The position numbers and the translations under genes were made by a program. Shown here piece by piece: positions 26,307 through 39,985 of a stretch of 64,000 nt of DNA. Under the pieces are notes generated by a model. That model was given only the letters and a program-made list of their open reading frames with translations. It searched no databases and was not told where the DNA came from. Positions within the stretch are counted from its first letter, which is position 1; the number at the start of each line of letters is the position of its first letter. Origin of the DNA: Yuukianura sp. NJ FZ-2021 (lineage: Eukaryota); contig CM102288.1 in the NCBI GenBank assembly GCA_046563655.1, positions 558,001 to 622,000 on the forward strand. Direction: 5' to 3'.

Positions 26307-28861
26307 ATGCCTTCAACTTGTTGTGAAACTAAGGCCGTACCTGTCTCCACTCCTTTGATTGAAACTGCTCCTGTTCCATCCAAGGTCAAGGTCACGGCGA
26401 CACTTCATCCACTGGACTCTTTGACCTTGACTGAAATTGCTGCTTCAGTTCGCATCATTCGCGCGAACTATCCCACGAAAAAATGGATTTTCAATGCTGT
26501 TTCGCTCGAAGAACCTGAAAAAACTGCAGTTCTGGAGTACATTAAGGCTGAAGAGAGAGGGGAGACCATGACACTTCCGGTCATACCACGTCGGTCCAGA
26601 GTCATACTCATTGAGCATTACACTGGCAAGGTCACGGAGGTCACGATCAACTTGACCTCGGAGGTCATTGACTCCTACGAAGACATTCCCTTTGGTAACC
26701 AACCCACTTTTACCATGGAAGAGACAGTTATTGCTGAAGACATTGTGAGAAAGGACGTAGGAGTTCAAAATCGGTTGGCCAAGATGGGAATTCAAGATTT
26801 TGACAACGTCGTGTCTGATCCATGGTAAAAAATTTAGATTTCACTTTTCAAAATTTCAAAATTTCAACAAAAAAAAATCAAAATTTTGTTTTTTCTAGGG
26901 TTGTGAGTTACGAAGGAATGGATCCGAAGTTAAGAGGGCGTCGTCTCATGCAGTCCTTCATGTACATACGGTTGTACGAACATGACAATCACTACGCACA
27001 TCCATTAGATTTTGCACCAAGTAAATTTTAAAATTTTGAAATTTGAAAAATGGATTTTTGAAATTGACGCTTTCTGACAGTCGTGGACATGGCTACGGAG
27101 AAAGTTGTGGCGATTGAGGATGTTCCTGTTCATCTGGACATGAAGACCCCCGGGAGGTCAAAGGTCACGTACCCCAAGAAATGCAGTAACTTTGTCCATG
27201 AGTTACATCCAGAAGGATTCCTAAGAAACGACATCAAGCCTCTTCAGGTTGTGCAACCGCAAGGACCAAGTTTTAGCCTCAAGGGGAACGAAGTCAGTTG
27301 GCAAAAATTCAAAATCCGAATCGGGTAACAACGCAAACATAACAAAAAAACTAATCTGGGTCAATTCTTAACTGACATTTGACCTTGACATTCAGATTCA
27401 ACTACCGCGAAGGACTCGTGTTGCACAACGTGTCGTACCAAGATGGCGACCGACGCCGTCCTTTGATATACCGCGCCTCACTGTCCGAAATGATCGTGCC
27501 GTACGGCGACCCCCGACCTGTGTACCATCGCAAATGTGTTAGTTTCAGACTTAACTAATTCGTTAATTAAGATTGTTAATTAGTTAATTATAATTTAGGC
27601 TTTTGATGTGGGTGAATATGGACTTGGATACTGCACAAACTCTCTGCAACTTGGTTGTGACTGCTTGGGTACAATCAAGTACTTGGATGCGCACGTCGTC
27701 AATCACAAGGGCGAACCAACCACAATCAAAAATGCAATTTGCATTCATGAAGAAGACGATGGAATTCTGTACAAGCACTACGAGTACAGAAACAATCATG
27801 TCACTTTGGCACGATCGCGCAAACTCATCATCTCTTTTATCGTCACGGTCGCCAACTACGAATATGCTTTCTACTGGACTTTTCGACAAGATGCTTCCAT
27901 CCACTTTGAGGTCAAAGTAAGTTGTGACCTTTGACCTTTTCAAAAATTTCAATTATTTTCAAAAACTTTACCCTAGGCTACTGGAATCATCAGCACGATT
28001 CTTCGACTGGACGGTGAAAAGGCGTCTTTTGCTTCTCCTGTCATGGACAACGTGAGTGGCCAGTTTCACCAACATGTCTACTGCATGCGACTGGACACAA
28101 TGTTCGATGGTGTCAAAAACACAGTCTACACTGTAGACACGACTCCACTCAAAGGCAACGTAGGCTCAGAGGACAATCCGTGGGGACAAGGATTCGGTTC
28201 GGCCATGACGCCGCTCAAACACGGTTTTTCGGACAATTCGACGGAAAAGTCTCGGTTCTGGGTCATTGGGAACGACGACAACCGACATCCGACAACTGGT
28301 GGACCGACATCGTGGAAACTGTACCCGGGAAATCCGGTTCGGCTCATGGCCAAACCAGGAAGTCACATCTACGAACAAGCTGGATTTGCAAGACATGCTG
28401 TTTGGGTAACACCTTACGACGCAGAGCAAGTGTATCCAGGTACACTTTTACAAAAACTTTTCAAAATTTACCAAAAAAGAAACTGCTTTCAAAATTGTGT
28501 TTTGAATTTGTTAGCTGGGAAGTACATCAATACGATCAATGGTTTCAACGGTTTGGCTGAATGGGCACAAGAGGAGAAAAATACTGAAAATGAGGACATT
28601 GTGCTATGGCATGTCTTTGGAACTACGCATGTCGTTCGAACAGAAGATTTTCCAATTATGCCAGTGGAGTAAGATTTTTTCAAACAAAAATCATGGAGTT
28701 TTGAAAAGTTTTTTAAAGTTTTCTTTTCCATTTTAAGATCTTGTGGGTTCGCTCTGAAGCCTTTCAACTTCTTCCTTTGCAATCCGGCTCTGGATGTTCC
28801 ACCTCCGGATCGAAACGAAAACAAAAGCGCTCAAGTTCTTTCCATTGGAAATGGAAAATGA
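26307..28861 (+). CDS. Copper-containing amine oxidase (TPQ-dependent), multi-exon, no signal peptide
   Basis: HPLDSLT, AFDVGEYGLG (catalytic Asp), VANYEY (TPQ motif), HQH and HVVRTEDFPIMP copper ligands, FFLCNPALDVP. Confidence 0.93.
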
Positions 28862-30281
28862 AATAGGTTGGCCATTGACCTATTGACTCTACAGAAAAAC
28901 ATTTGCTAGTAGGAACAGGATTATTCTTGAGTAGTTCGTTTAATGAATATTCAAATTGAATTGAGTTGAAGCAGGTAATTTTGCTGTACAGTGAGACATG
29001 AAGAAATTAATTAGAAGGAATTGAAATTTCTGCAAATTCCAAAATAAATCCTGATTTTCTGAGGAACAACCAATTCGACTTGGAATACAGAACACAAGAA
29101 ATTACAATTATGAAAATGAAGTTTTAGTGAAAAGCAAAAATCAGTGATTTAGGGAAGATGTTAATTTGCATATACATAACTCATTCCTCGAAAACTGGTA
29201 TGATTTCCTTCAATGCGAGAGCCAAAGCTAGAGTATGCGTCTTCATCATTGCTTTCTTGCTGCGATTGGTTTCCTCCGAACGTTTGACGGTTAATTCCAC
29301 CAATGCATCTTTAGCCCGGTTGATGATCCCCAAAAAATACGTTTTCTCTTTGTCGTCCGACCCATACCGATCCTGAAAAACATTATAAAACGTCGCTTGT
29401 TAGTCCATTTTGTTACTCTGAAATCTGGAACACTAGAAACACTCTAAACTAGAATCCTGACTCGTACTTTTCTTATTTGACCTTTGACCTCAAATGGAAA
29501 CAGCCTCTGGTAATTCCTAAATAGAATATTTCAGATACTAACCAGCGCTGGTTTGACGATAGTTATCGCAGGATTGTTCCTGTCCTGGGGTAGAGTGGGC
29601 GGAATTATGATGGTGTCGGGCATAGGAACTGCAAAAACAATTTGTCGGATATCCAAAATGTTTTTGTTGAACTCCCTGTCAGTGATTACGTTATACAGTT
29701 TGAAGAATGCCGCAAGTTTTGGCGATGAGGATGACATTGTCCACTGTACAAGCTAATTGCTCAAAGAACAAATCTGGATTTGGACCATAAATGACAACTA
29801 CTGACCACTATGGATTGGAAAGACGTACTGACCGAGCTGAATTCTTTAGTCATAATTTTGACCAGTCGGTGGGGGTGCAATGATAGTCCTCCCTACTACC
29901 TACGACCTTGCCAATGTCATCGGAAGTTGAGCTAAACTGCTCTAGTTAACTTACCTTGGTTAGCATAGTTTGCAACTTTGAGTTTTAGTACGTCTGATTA
30001 ACTTAATGTACCAATATACGGTGACCAGAGCGAGACTTACCTTGAGAAATTTCATTTCCACGATAGAAATTCAATGTGGTAAATCCAGATGTAAAATATT
30101 TGAATTCAAAACTGAAACTTACTCAGATACAATTTGAATGTTGAAGAACAGAAATGTTCACCCCCTCCTCCACTTTTCATCCCCTTTCTCATTTATTTCT
30201 ACTCTCTGTTTCCTTTTGAAAAACCTCCCTTTTCAAAATTTCCGTTTTGAATTTGATGTTTGAAGTAGCATGGAAAGCCTT

Positions 30282-32260
30282 TCAGGTTGAAGTAGGTGGA
30301 ACTCCGGCGGTGGCTCCCGTCCCACCACTCCCACCATCAATAGCCCCGCCATCAGCCAATGCAGAACTTCGTCCGGCGTCCTTGTTTTCTGCAGAAGTAC
30401 TCTTGACCCGACTTTCTCTGTTCATTTTCCGAACTGACTCGACCTAGTATCAGTTTAAACAAATTTTGAAAATGATGTTATGAAAATCAACTGAAAAAAA
30501 AACAAAGTTTAGTTCAATTTTTGGTTGAAATCACCTTTTCCAAGTTCGCTTTGCGTCGATCTTCTGTCGCATCTTCCAAATTCTTCATCACTTGAGACAT
30601 TTTCTGTTTGAAATCTTGCGTCGAAAATTTTTGACGCAGAGCCTCTGGATCAATTTCACCAAAATGCTCATGCGTAAACGCTGGAGGTAACTTGAGTCCC
30701 TGCAAGAAACGTAAATTCAAAAGCTGTTTAACACTCAAAACCACATAAAAAGTTAACATAACATAACTTTTTTGATCCAAAATTAAAAAACTCTTATTTC
30801 TAAAAATTCCAAACCTCCTGAATTTCTTCTTCTTCGGTAGCATCGATTCCTTCCGGAAAAAACGCTTCGTACTTTGGCTTCTCTTCCTCCAATCCCTGCA
30901 TTTCCTTCATATCCTGTTTTTAAAAAAAGAAACAAGTTTTATAATTTCAAAATTTTGAATATTTTTCAAAAGTTTAAAAAATTACTTCAGCATATTCTGA
31001 CTCTTGTAGCTCGATTGTCTCTTCTTCTTCCTCCTCCTCCTCCTCCTCTTCCTTGTAATGAAAACAAAACGTTGTTGTAATTATTAAGTAAAATTTGTTA
31101 ATTACAGATTTAATTAAATTAATTTTAATTTAATAAATATGTTTCCTTACTTCCTCTTCTAAAATTTCTTCTGCAACTTCATCCATAATTGCTTCCATTG
31201 CATCTGACTCCATTTCCTTCAGATTTTTACGAGTCATGTATCCACGGAAGGCGGACTATTTCAAAAACAAAACTAAAATTTTGAACTTTTTTTTGAAAAA
31301 CTGTTTTTTAACCTGAATTTTAGCAGCATGGGCGTCGGCCACTTTGCGAGTAATGCCGAGTGAGTGAAGATGAGCTGCCAATTCTGGTTGTGTTGCTTCC
31401 AGTTCCTTTCGATAGCGATGTCCACGAAACGTTTTTTGAATTCTCGTGGCAAAAGCATTTGCTTCAAAAAGACTGATTTTGTAGTACGCCAGAATTTCCA
31501 AAACGTCATGACCCGAAACGTACTAAAAATATAAAAAAAGTCAATTTTTTCACATTTTCAAAAATCCAAATGCAATTCGTCACCATATTTCCAGGATGTC
31601 GCCATTCCTCCCAAAGTTCCTCCTAAAACCAAAAAAAGTTAGAGTTTTCAAAATTGAAAAGTGAAAGTAGTTTTTTTTTGAAAGTACGCGGTGGAGGTCA
31701 CGGTCATGTTTGACTGATTTGAATTTTTTTCTGGCCATGAATCCACGATACGCGGATTGAATGATCAATGCAAGTCGTTCTGCCATTTCCAATGAAATGT
31801 TAAAATTTTGCAAAAATTCAATCAACTCTTCTTCCGAAAGCAAACTCGATCCGTCCCAGCTCCAGCGTCTCCATTGCCAGCTTTTCCGAGCGCCTCCGGC
31901 GCCGTCCAAACGCATCACCTTTAAAAATTAAAAAAAAATTGTTTAACATGTTAAAAAAGAAAAAAATGTAAACTCTATGATCACCTTGGCCTTGAATTCA
32001 CGAACTACCAATTTATCCTCCAACAGAGTAGCGAGAAACTGATACAAATTTGCTGGTTGACTCCGGAGCACCTGAAACAATCACGCATTTTAAAATTTTT
32101 TAAAAATAATCAAAATTTTGAAAATCACATTTTGTACTACCTCGCGTGTACAATCTTCCAACATCATCTTGAGTCCTTCCGGAATGTGAAACACTTTTCG
32201 TTGTCCATGCAGCTCCAGCACTGGTGCTGCCGGCATCTCAGGTAGCTGAAGATGCGCCAT
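30282..32260 (-). CDS. RIIa dimerisation/docking-domain protein with three IQ motifs (Sp17-like architecture)
   Basis: IPEGLKMMLEDCTREVLRSQPANLYQFLATLLE; IQSAYRGFMARK, IQKTFRGHRYRK, IQSAFRGYMTRK. Confidence 0.75.
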
Positions 32261-32525
32261 TTTCAAAAAAAAAACTCTTCAAAAAAAGCAGACAGTACTT
32301 TCAGAACAAAGTTTTCAAAACTCGGTCAACTTTTTCGAAAAAACGAAAAGCTTCCTCTCACTTCGTTTTCCGTCGTAAAATAAACTGACTAACAAATTCC
32401 TGTCGACCGACCATTGTTGATGTTTTAAGTTTGAAAAGTTGCAGTTAGCGGTTGCTAGAGCAACAAAACAGAAAAATAAAATTTGAAATTTGAAAAATTC
32501 CGGGAAATTTATTGGGGAAAGACGT

Positions 32526-35295
32526 TTAGTATCGAGCAGAAGATAAGCAAGATGGTGGTGTATAGCAAGAAGGAGGCGACGGCAGCATAAGCGGTGGTTT
32601 GCTGATGCCGTAGAATCCTGGTGGCGGCAGAGATACTGGCGTAGGTGGCGCTGAATTTGAAAGAAGCGCTGAAATTCGTCCAATTCCTTTCACAGCTCCA
32701 TACCCAACGAGAACCAAAAGTCCAGTTCCAAAGAGAAGGAATTCCAACCCACAGTCGCTTACGCTTCTCTGTCCAGATAAAACCTAAAAAACAATTTTGA
32801 AAAAAATATTTAAAAAAAAACTTCTTAAAAATAAGCTCCAAAATTTGAAAATTTTAGTTTTAGAACAAACCTCTCTTAAAGTTCCAAACTGCTCGGCAAA
32901 AAATGTTGCGTCTTGTGCAGAAGCCTCAGAAACTGTCAAAATTTCTGGAGAATTTCCAGGTTGTTGCTGCGAATCGCTGTTGTCCGCCGTATTTCCAGCA
33001 GCATCAGGTGAATTCAAAGTTTCTGCACCACCGTCAGCGCCTTGAGTGGCTGCAAGGCCGGCTTGATCTGCACCTTCAGGTGAAGTTCCTTCGGCTGCAC
33101 CTTCCAACGTAGTTGCTTCGGCTCCACCGTCTGACGAACTTGGTTCGACGGAATCTTGTGCTGCACCTTCCGTCGGTACAGTTTCGGTTTGTTCTCCACC
33201 TTCGGTCTCCCCAGCAGCAACTGTCTCATTGCCACTCGAACTTTCAATTTCCGACGTTTCTGACGATTCGGCACCCTCCGCCCCTTCACGAGTCTTTTCA
33301 AGCATTCCTTCATCCCCTTCTGCACATTTAGCTTCGCCAGAGTCTTCTCCTGTTGTATCTGCACATTCTCCTGTGGCCTCTCCTGTTGCTGCGACTTCTG
33401 TGGTAGCCTCTCCTGTTGCTGCGACTTCTGTAGTGACTTCTCCTGTTGCTTCGACTTCTCCAGTGGCTTCTCCTGTTGCTGCGACTTCTCCAGTGGCTTC
33501 TCCTGTTGCTGCCACTTCTCCAGTGGCTTCTCCTGTTGCTGCGACTTCTGCTGTAACTTCTCCTGTTTCTGCCACTTCTCCGCAACCTCCTTGACCTTCC
33601 GTTTCTGCTGTAACGGCAGCGTCAACACAGGGTTCCGTTCCTTCAGCAGTCTTTTCAAGCAATCCTTCCTCACCTTCTGCGCAATTAGCTTCTCCTGTTG
33701 TATCTACACATTCTCCAGTAACCTCTCCTGTTTCTGCGACTTCTGCAGTAACCTCTCCTGTTGCTGCGACTTCTGTAGTGACTTCTCCTGTCGCTTCACC
33801 TTCTGCAGTGACCTCTCCGCAACCTCCTTGACCTTCCGTTTCTGCTGCAACGGCTGCTTCAACACAGGGCTCCGCAGCTTCAGCGACTTTGTCAAGTTGT
33901 TCTTCCTGGCCGCCCGGCTTGTCGTCGCAGAGAGGCCAAACAACTTCCGGATTTTGGCCGTCCTTTGGCTGATCCCGGCGCATTAGTTCTAAAGTAAACA
34001 ATTTAGTATTCAAATTTAACATTGTGACCTAGCATGACCTAAACTTCAAAAAATCAACCTCCAACACAAGTTCCAGTTGGCATTTGATCCAGTGCTGCTT
34101 CATCTGGTGGAGGAGGAAACTCCAAGTCTGCTGCTACAACTTGAGGAGATCCAGTGACAGTGTCGCTTCCGGGAGTCACAGTGGCAAGAGCATGATTTTC
34201 TTGGGTTGGTTGAAGTGGGATTCCACTCATGGGCTGAGGCTGACATCGTTTGACCTCATCTTCTTGACCTTTGACCTTTGCCTGTTGACCTTCCTTGACC
34301 TCTTGTTCTTGTGTCAAAGTGTCTTGGTCAGTCTTGGCACCTTGACAACCAGAAAGTTGGTCTCTTCTTACTCCAAGACGTTCCAGTGCAGCAGCGATCG
34401 CTTGAGCATGTTCCAGTGCAGCACTCATGTTTCGCACTTGCGTAAGGAGTGCTTGAACTTCTTGACAAATCAGTCTGTCCAGACTCTTGGTCGAAAGATT
34501 CAGAAGGTCAGCGTTCGGCTCACTTGATCCCTGCACTCCCTCACCTACATTTTTAAATTTTTCAAAAAATGCAAAAATTTTAAGCTTCTGGAAACTTTTT
34601 GTCATCTTTGAATGTGTTTTTATAAAGTTAGAGTGACCTGTACACTTGACCTCTCCTTGACCTTCTGCCACCATTTCCATGTTTGATAGTAAGTTGGTGA
34701 GAACATTAATTTGTTGATCCAGACGATTCTCATCTGTATCCTGCTGACATCCTTCCGGTAGCAGTTGAAGTTCACCCGCTCGGCGATACTTTTCTGCAAA
34801 TTTAGTCCCAACTTCAACAGAACTCTTTACGAGTTCTTGAAGTCCCGAGAGACGCCTGCGCAGCGATTCGGGGTCATTCGGGTCATCGCTTTTCCCAGTC
34901 CCATCTCCAACTCCTTTGGCCTTCTGTCAAGTACACAAATGGTTGAAGTCAGGTTTAACGACCATCATTATAGCCGCATAGTGTTGCCACTCCGCCATTT
35001 TAAGTGGCTACACCGTGTGGCAACATGTGTTGCCACCCATTGTAACTAATTAATGGATTACCGGTGCCGAAGATCCAGCTCCTCGTCCGAGCTTTTGATC
35101 CAAGTAGTCAGCAACGAAACAGTAAATGTTTTGGGGTTTACGATTCAGCACCTAAAAGTATCATTAAACAAATTTTTGCTGTTTTTTGAAAAAGAAACTG
35201 TGTTTTTTAAACTTTGCCTGTGTGGAAATGTCTTGAAGGAGCTTTTCAAGGCCGGGGGGTAGCGGTGGCACAAAGTCATCGCAAGGATTTCCCAT
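32526..35295 (-). CDS. RIIa docking-domain protein with a long acidic repeat region and a C-terminal hydrophobic anchor
   Basis: Spliced N-terminus LPPGLEKLLQDISTQ|VLNRKPQNIYCFVADYLDQKL; EVAATGEATG repeats; FLLFGTGLLVLVGYGAV near the C-terminus. Confidence 0.65.
33360..33870. repeat. Coding 30-nt tandem repeat nested in a larger duplicated block
   Basis: TCTCCTGTTGCTGCGACTTCTCCAGTGGCT-like units; EPCV..AETEGQGGCGEV occurs twice. Confidence 0.85.
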
Positions 35296-36044
35296 TTAGA
35301 AACGACAAAAGTCAAATTTTGAATTTCGGAAATTCTAAAGTCATGTGATCAAACAGAAAAACTAAAAATTCGGTCACATTACTACTCGTTTTTCAAAAAT
35401 TTCAATTTTCGTAAAATACGTTTCAGATTATTTGTCCGTTCAAACCGTGCATAACGTTGTAGTGTTGTCCCAACAAACTTTAGAAAAACAATGTCACTGT
35501 CGGCTTGTCGTCATTCCAATTTTAGTTCGTTTATTTTTAATTCGTTTTTGCAAAATTATTTTTAAATTAAACCATTACCGACGTTGTTGTATTTTAATAT
35601 TTAACAAAATTGTATTATTTAAATTTTGATTTCAATTTCCTATTTTGGACAAATGTGACAAAATGCATCTAAAAACACTCTCGTTTGTCAACCCTTGAAC
35701 ACATTTTTTTAGCTTATTTTTTTGTTTAATAGTATTTGTGTGTATTCATTGGAATGGTATTGTGTATTGAGTGGAAAGATACTCAAGGGCAAAGATCTCG
35801 GATGCGATGCAAATCCTAAAGTTTCCGACTGATTTCATAGCTTTAGTTCTACAAACTACTCCGACCCTGTCACAAGTCAACTACAACTTCAATTTCCAAA
35901 ATCAGTTGTGTGTAGATTACTGTAGAATTTAATCGGTCACTTGAAAGTGGAGCTCTTGTATAGAGTTGTCCTAAAAAAAGTGACAACGGTTTAGTTTTAC
36001 TAAAAACCTAAGTTTTTAGTTGAATAATTTCCTAAAAGTGAATA

Positions 36045-37177
36045 ATGGACACAATTCTAGAACTGCATGACAAGTACCTGTTGACACCTTATGTTTATCC
36101 AAGTGACTGGGCAGAGGGGTCATGGACACGACAGTACATTTCTCTTTTTTTCATCATCACGATCAATGGATACGTACTGTACTTTTTAACGGCTGGACTC
36201 AACTACTGCTTAATCTTCGACAAACGACTGCTCCACCATCCACTCATTCTAGAAGTAACAAAATATGTTAATATTTAAATATATTAATGTATTTTAATAT
36301 ACTGTTGACTTTACAGAATCAAATTTCAAAGGAAATTGGAGTTGCCTGTAGATCTGTTCCTGTCATGGCCATCCCTACAGCACTGTGCTTCCTACTGGAA
36401 GTTCAAGGTTATTCTAAACTCTACCATTCGGTCGACCAAGCATATTGGGGTAATTTTTCCAAAAAAGTTCAAAATTTTCAAAAAAAAAAAAACAAATCAG
36501 AATTCACATATAAAAAATCAAGCATTTGAAAAAGTCTTTGGGTTCTACCGAAAACAAAAACCTTCGGTCCACAGTGCAAACTTTTTTGTGACTTTTGAAC
36601 GTAAAGCAGACGAAATTGTAAGTTGACCTTTGACCTTTTGATTTTGAAATGCTTTTTTCTACTTGTAGGTTGGATTTCCGTCATTCTGAGTGTCGTGACC
36701 TTCATCCTATTCACAGACTGTCTAATATACTGGATCCACCGTGGTCTCCACTCCCGTCTTCTGTACAAACGTCTTCACAAGACACATCATCTGTGGAAAG
36801 TGGCCACGCCCTTTGCATCTCACGCATTTCATCCCGTCGACGGATTTCTGCAGAGCCTGCCCTACCATCTCTATGTCTTCCTCTTCCCAATGCACAAGTA
36901 CGCATCTCTCCTCATGTTCGTACTCGTGAATATCTGGACAGTGTCGATCCATGACGGGGACTTCCGAGTGCCCAGGGCCCTTAGACCCTTCGTCAATGGC
37001 TCTGCTCATCACACTGACCATCACATGTACTACAACTTCAACTACGGACAGTTCTTTACGCTCTGGGATAAAATTGGACGGAGCTACAGAGAACCGGCGG
37101 CCTTCTGTGGGGATTCCCCAATGGACCAAATACTGCGCAAAGCAGTGCTAGATCAGAACAAAAATAAAAGTTCTTGA
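36045..37177 (+). CDS. SC5D: Sterol C5-desaturase / lathosterol oxidase (SC5D/ERG3-like), copy 1
   Basis: His boxes [42 protein letters not shown]; 3 exons. Confidence 0.9.
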
Positions 37178-37513
37178 GTCAGTTTTGGTTCAAATTGGAA
37201 AAGTACATAATTAAGTTGAATTATTGTGAAATAACGAACTTATCTCATTTAAATACGGAATTAAATAACAAATCTACTCTTCGATCTCGGAAATTCCAGT
37301 AACAATGGTTCCAATGCGATTTCGTAAATCTTAATTTTCAAGTTACAGAAAATTCCAAGGTCAAAAAAGGTAATTCGTTAGTATAAAAGAAATAGGAAAA
37401 AGCTTCCTCAGTATCAGTGGCCAAAAGTGGTCCATGCCTGGCAGATCATCACTTCGATTCCATTACAACTCGCAAGTTACAAATTGTCAATTACAAATTG
37501 TAAGTAAACAAAG

Positions 37514-39017
37514 ATGGACACCGTTCTGGAATTGTATGACGAGTACTTGATGACCCCTTATGTGTACCCCAAGGGGTGGTCAGAGGGGTCATGGTCACGA
37601 CAGTTGTTGACATTGTCATTGGTCCTCACTCTCTACGGATACGCTCTCTACTTCGTCTTGAGTGGACTCAGCTACTGGCTGTCATTTGACAAGCGACTGC
37701 TCCAACATCCATTATTTCTGGAGGTAAAATAATATTTAACAGGCAGGTTGCGTTATAAATCATTTAGAGAAATTATACAATTTACGATGAGGAGTGACAT
37801 CACTTTTTCCAACTTTTTGAATTTTCAAAGTTTAACACGACCTCTAAAGTTCCGTAAACGAGAAAAGTTTGGAAAGTGACGTAACATATTTGGAATCGAC
37901 CAATCGCGGGAGCCGTAACAAAACGGGTGGAAAGAGGCGGCACTTGCTAAATTCTATACTTTTATAAATTCTGATTTGAAAGTTTGAAACCCAAACTCCC
38001 TAATATATTTATAATTTTAGTTAATTTTAGTGTTCATTTTATATTTCGTTTCATTTAAGAATCAAGTTGGAAAGGAAATCAGAGCCGCCTGTGAGTCAAT
38101 TCCTTTGATGTCCATATTAAGCGCTGCGTTCTTCCTCCTCGAAATCCGCGGTTTTTCCAAACTCCACCATTCCAGCGACGGCGGTGCATGGGGTAAATTA
38201 AATTAGTTTTATATTTAAATAAAATAATAAATAAATTCAGAAATCAAAAGCAAATTCAAACCTAATTTACATGGAACAAAACTCTCAAGTTTTTCGTAAG
38301 TACTATAAATACGTTTCTTGGGGAAGAAAAACAACATAGTAAACGAAAAAGTGTGCAAAATTTCGTTTCTCAGAAACTCCGTGCTTTTTTCACACCTAAA
38401 ATTTTCCCCACGAGGAACCAATTTCCCAGGATCTGGAAATTAAAAATGATATCAAACATCAAAATTCGTTTTAAATTAGTTTCCAGTTTCCTAAAATTTT
38501 GACTATTATTTTCTTAGGCTGGATTTCCACTTTGTTCGAGATCATGACGTTCATAGTTTTGACGGACTTGGCATTTTACTGGACTCATCGTGCCCTTCAC
38601 TCTAGTTTGCTCTACAAACGTTTCCATAAACTGCATCATAAATGGAAAGTGACCACTCCCTTTGCAGCTCTTGCAATCCATCCCCTAGATGGATTTGTCC
38701 AGGGACTACCCTACCATATCTACGTCTTCATCTTCCCCATGAACAAAAACGTTTTCCTTTCCCTCTTTATGTTGATGAATATCTGGGCAGTATCGATACA
38801 TGACGGTAACTTCAAAGTACCCAGAGCCCTTAGACCCTTCATCAGTGGGACGGCACATCACAGTGACCATCACATGTACTACCACTACAACTACGGTCAG
38901 TACTTTACCTTCTGGGATAGAATTTTCGGAAGTTTTCGGGAACCTTCGGCATACACCGGACAGTCTCCATCCCACAAAGGCGCTGGGAATGACCTTCTGC
39001 TGGACAAGAAACAATAA
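37514..39017 (+). CDS. Sterol C5-desaturase-like, copy 2
   Basis: Paralogous 3-exon structure; HRALH, HKLHH, HHSDHH. Confidence 0.85.
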
Positions 39018-39096
39018 AGTCTTGATTTACTCTAACATTGGGCAAAATAAAATTGATTTTTGAGGAATTGGTTTGCTTTAGCAATGATTTATCTGA

Positions 39097-39366
39097 GTGT
39101 TCGTCGATATCCACTTTTTCGGCGTCATTATGTGGACAGCGTCGCATGACGGTAACTTCAAAGTACACATGGCCCTTAGACCCTTCATCAATGGCTCTGC
39201 CCACCACATGTACTGCAACTTCAACTACGGACAGTACTTGACGCTCTTGGACAAAATTGGGCGGAGCTACAGGGAACCGGCAGCCTACTCTGGGAATGCC
39301 CCGATAAACCGAGTTATGCGCAAATCAGCTCTAGGCCACAACAAAAATAACTCAACTTTGTTCTAA
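39097..39366 (+). pseudogene. Fragment of a sterol desaturase last exon
   Basis: HDGNFKVHMALRPFINGSAHH-MYCNFNYGQ; third His box partly deleted; no upstream exons. Confidence 0.75.
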
Positions 39367-39985
39367 ATTTCAGAAGCGAACAATTTGAAGTTGAATTTTA
39401 TCAAATAAAATTCTATAAAAATAAAAATAAAATTTTATCAAATTTAACAAATAAACGACTTAATATTGCTCAAGCTGCTTAATATTGATAATTAGTTAAT
39501 TAGTTACGTAATCTACACCTCGGCCTTGGAAATTCCAATCACATTGCATACTCACAACATTTTTGAGGAATCGCCAATCTTAATCTTCACTGTAACACAG
39601 AATCCCAAGGTCAACTTTTACCAACAACCAAGGAGTAAGAGAACGACGACTTAAAGTTCAATTTATTGAGGCATCTAGGAATAGGCATGTTGCTTTCAAT
39701 GGGTTTTGCCCATGCGTCAAAGATGTACAAGGCATCAGCAATCTTTTGATGTAAGCGCAGCCTAAAAGTAAACCAATTATTCAACAATCTTGGGAATTTG
39801 CAGATTCAAATTGCAATCTTAATTAACAATCTGCTAGTTCCAAAAAAATTCCTGGTCAAAAAGTACTTTAATGAAGGAAAACAGTATGAGTTCTCACAGG
39901 ATTAAAAATACTTTTCCTTTTGCGCTGTGTACAAAAGTTCTCCCAGTGAGGTTACATAACTTGGCGAATTACGTATACAGTTAGG

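Noticed and set aside
21010..28861. Bacterial contamination or chimeric contig
   Set aside because: Both microbial-like genes have spliceosomal introns with the same composition as neighbouring animal genes
29158..29760. Possible small minus-strand gene
   Set aside because: Coding-like fragments are present, but I could not build a consistent splice model or recognise a family
32797..34527. Multiple antisense and alternative-frame ORFs
   Set aside because: Shadows of the repetitive coding exon on the minus strand
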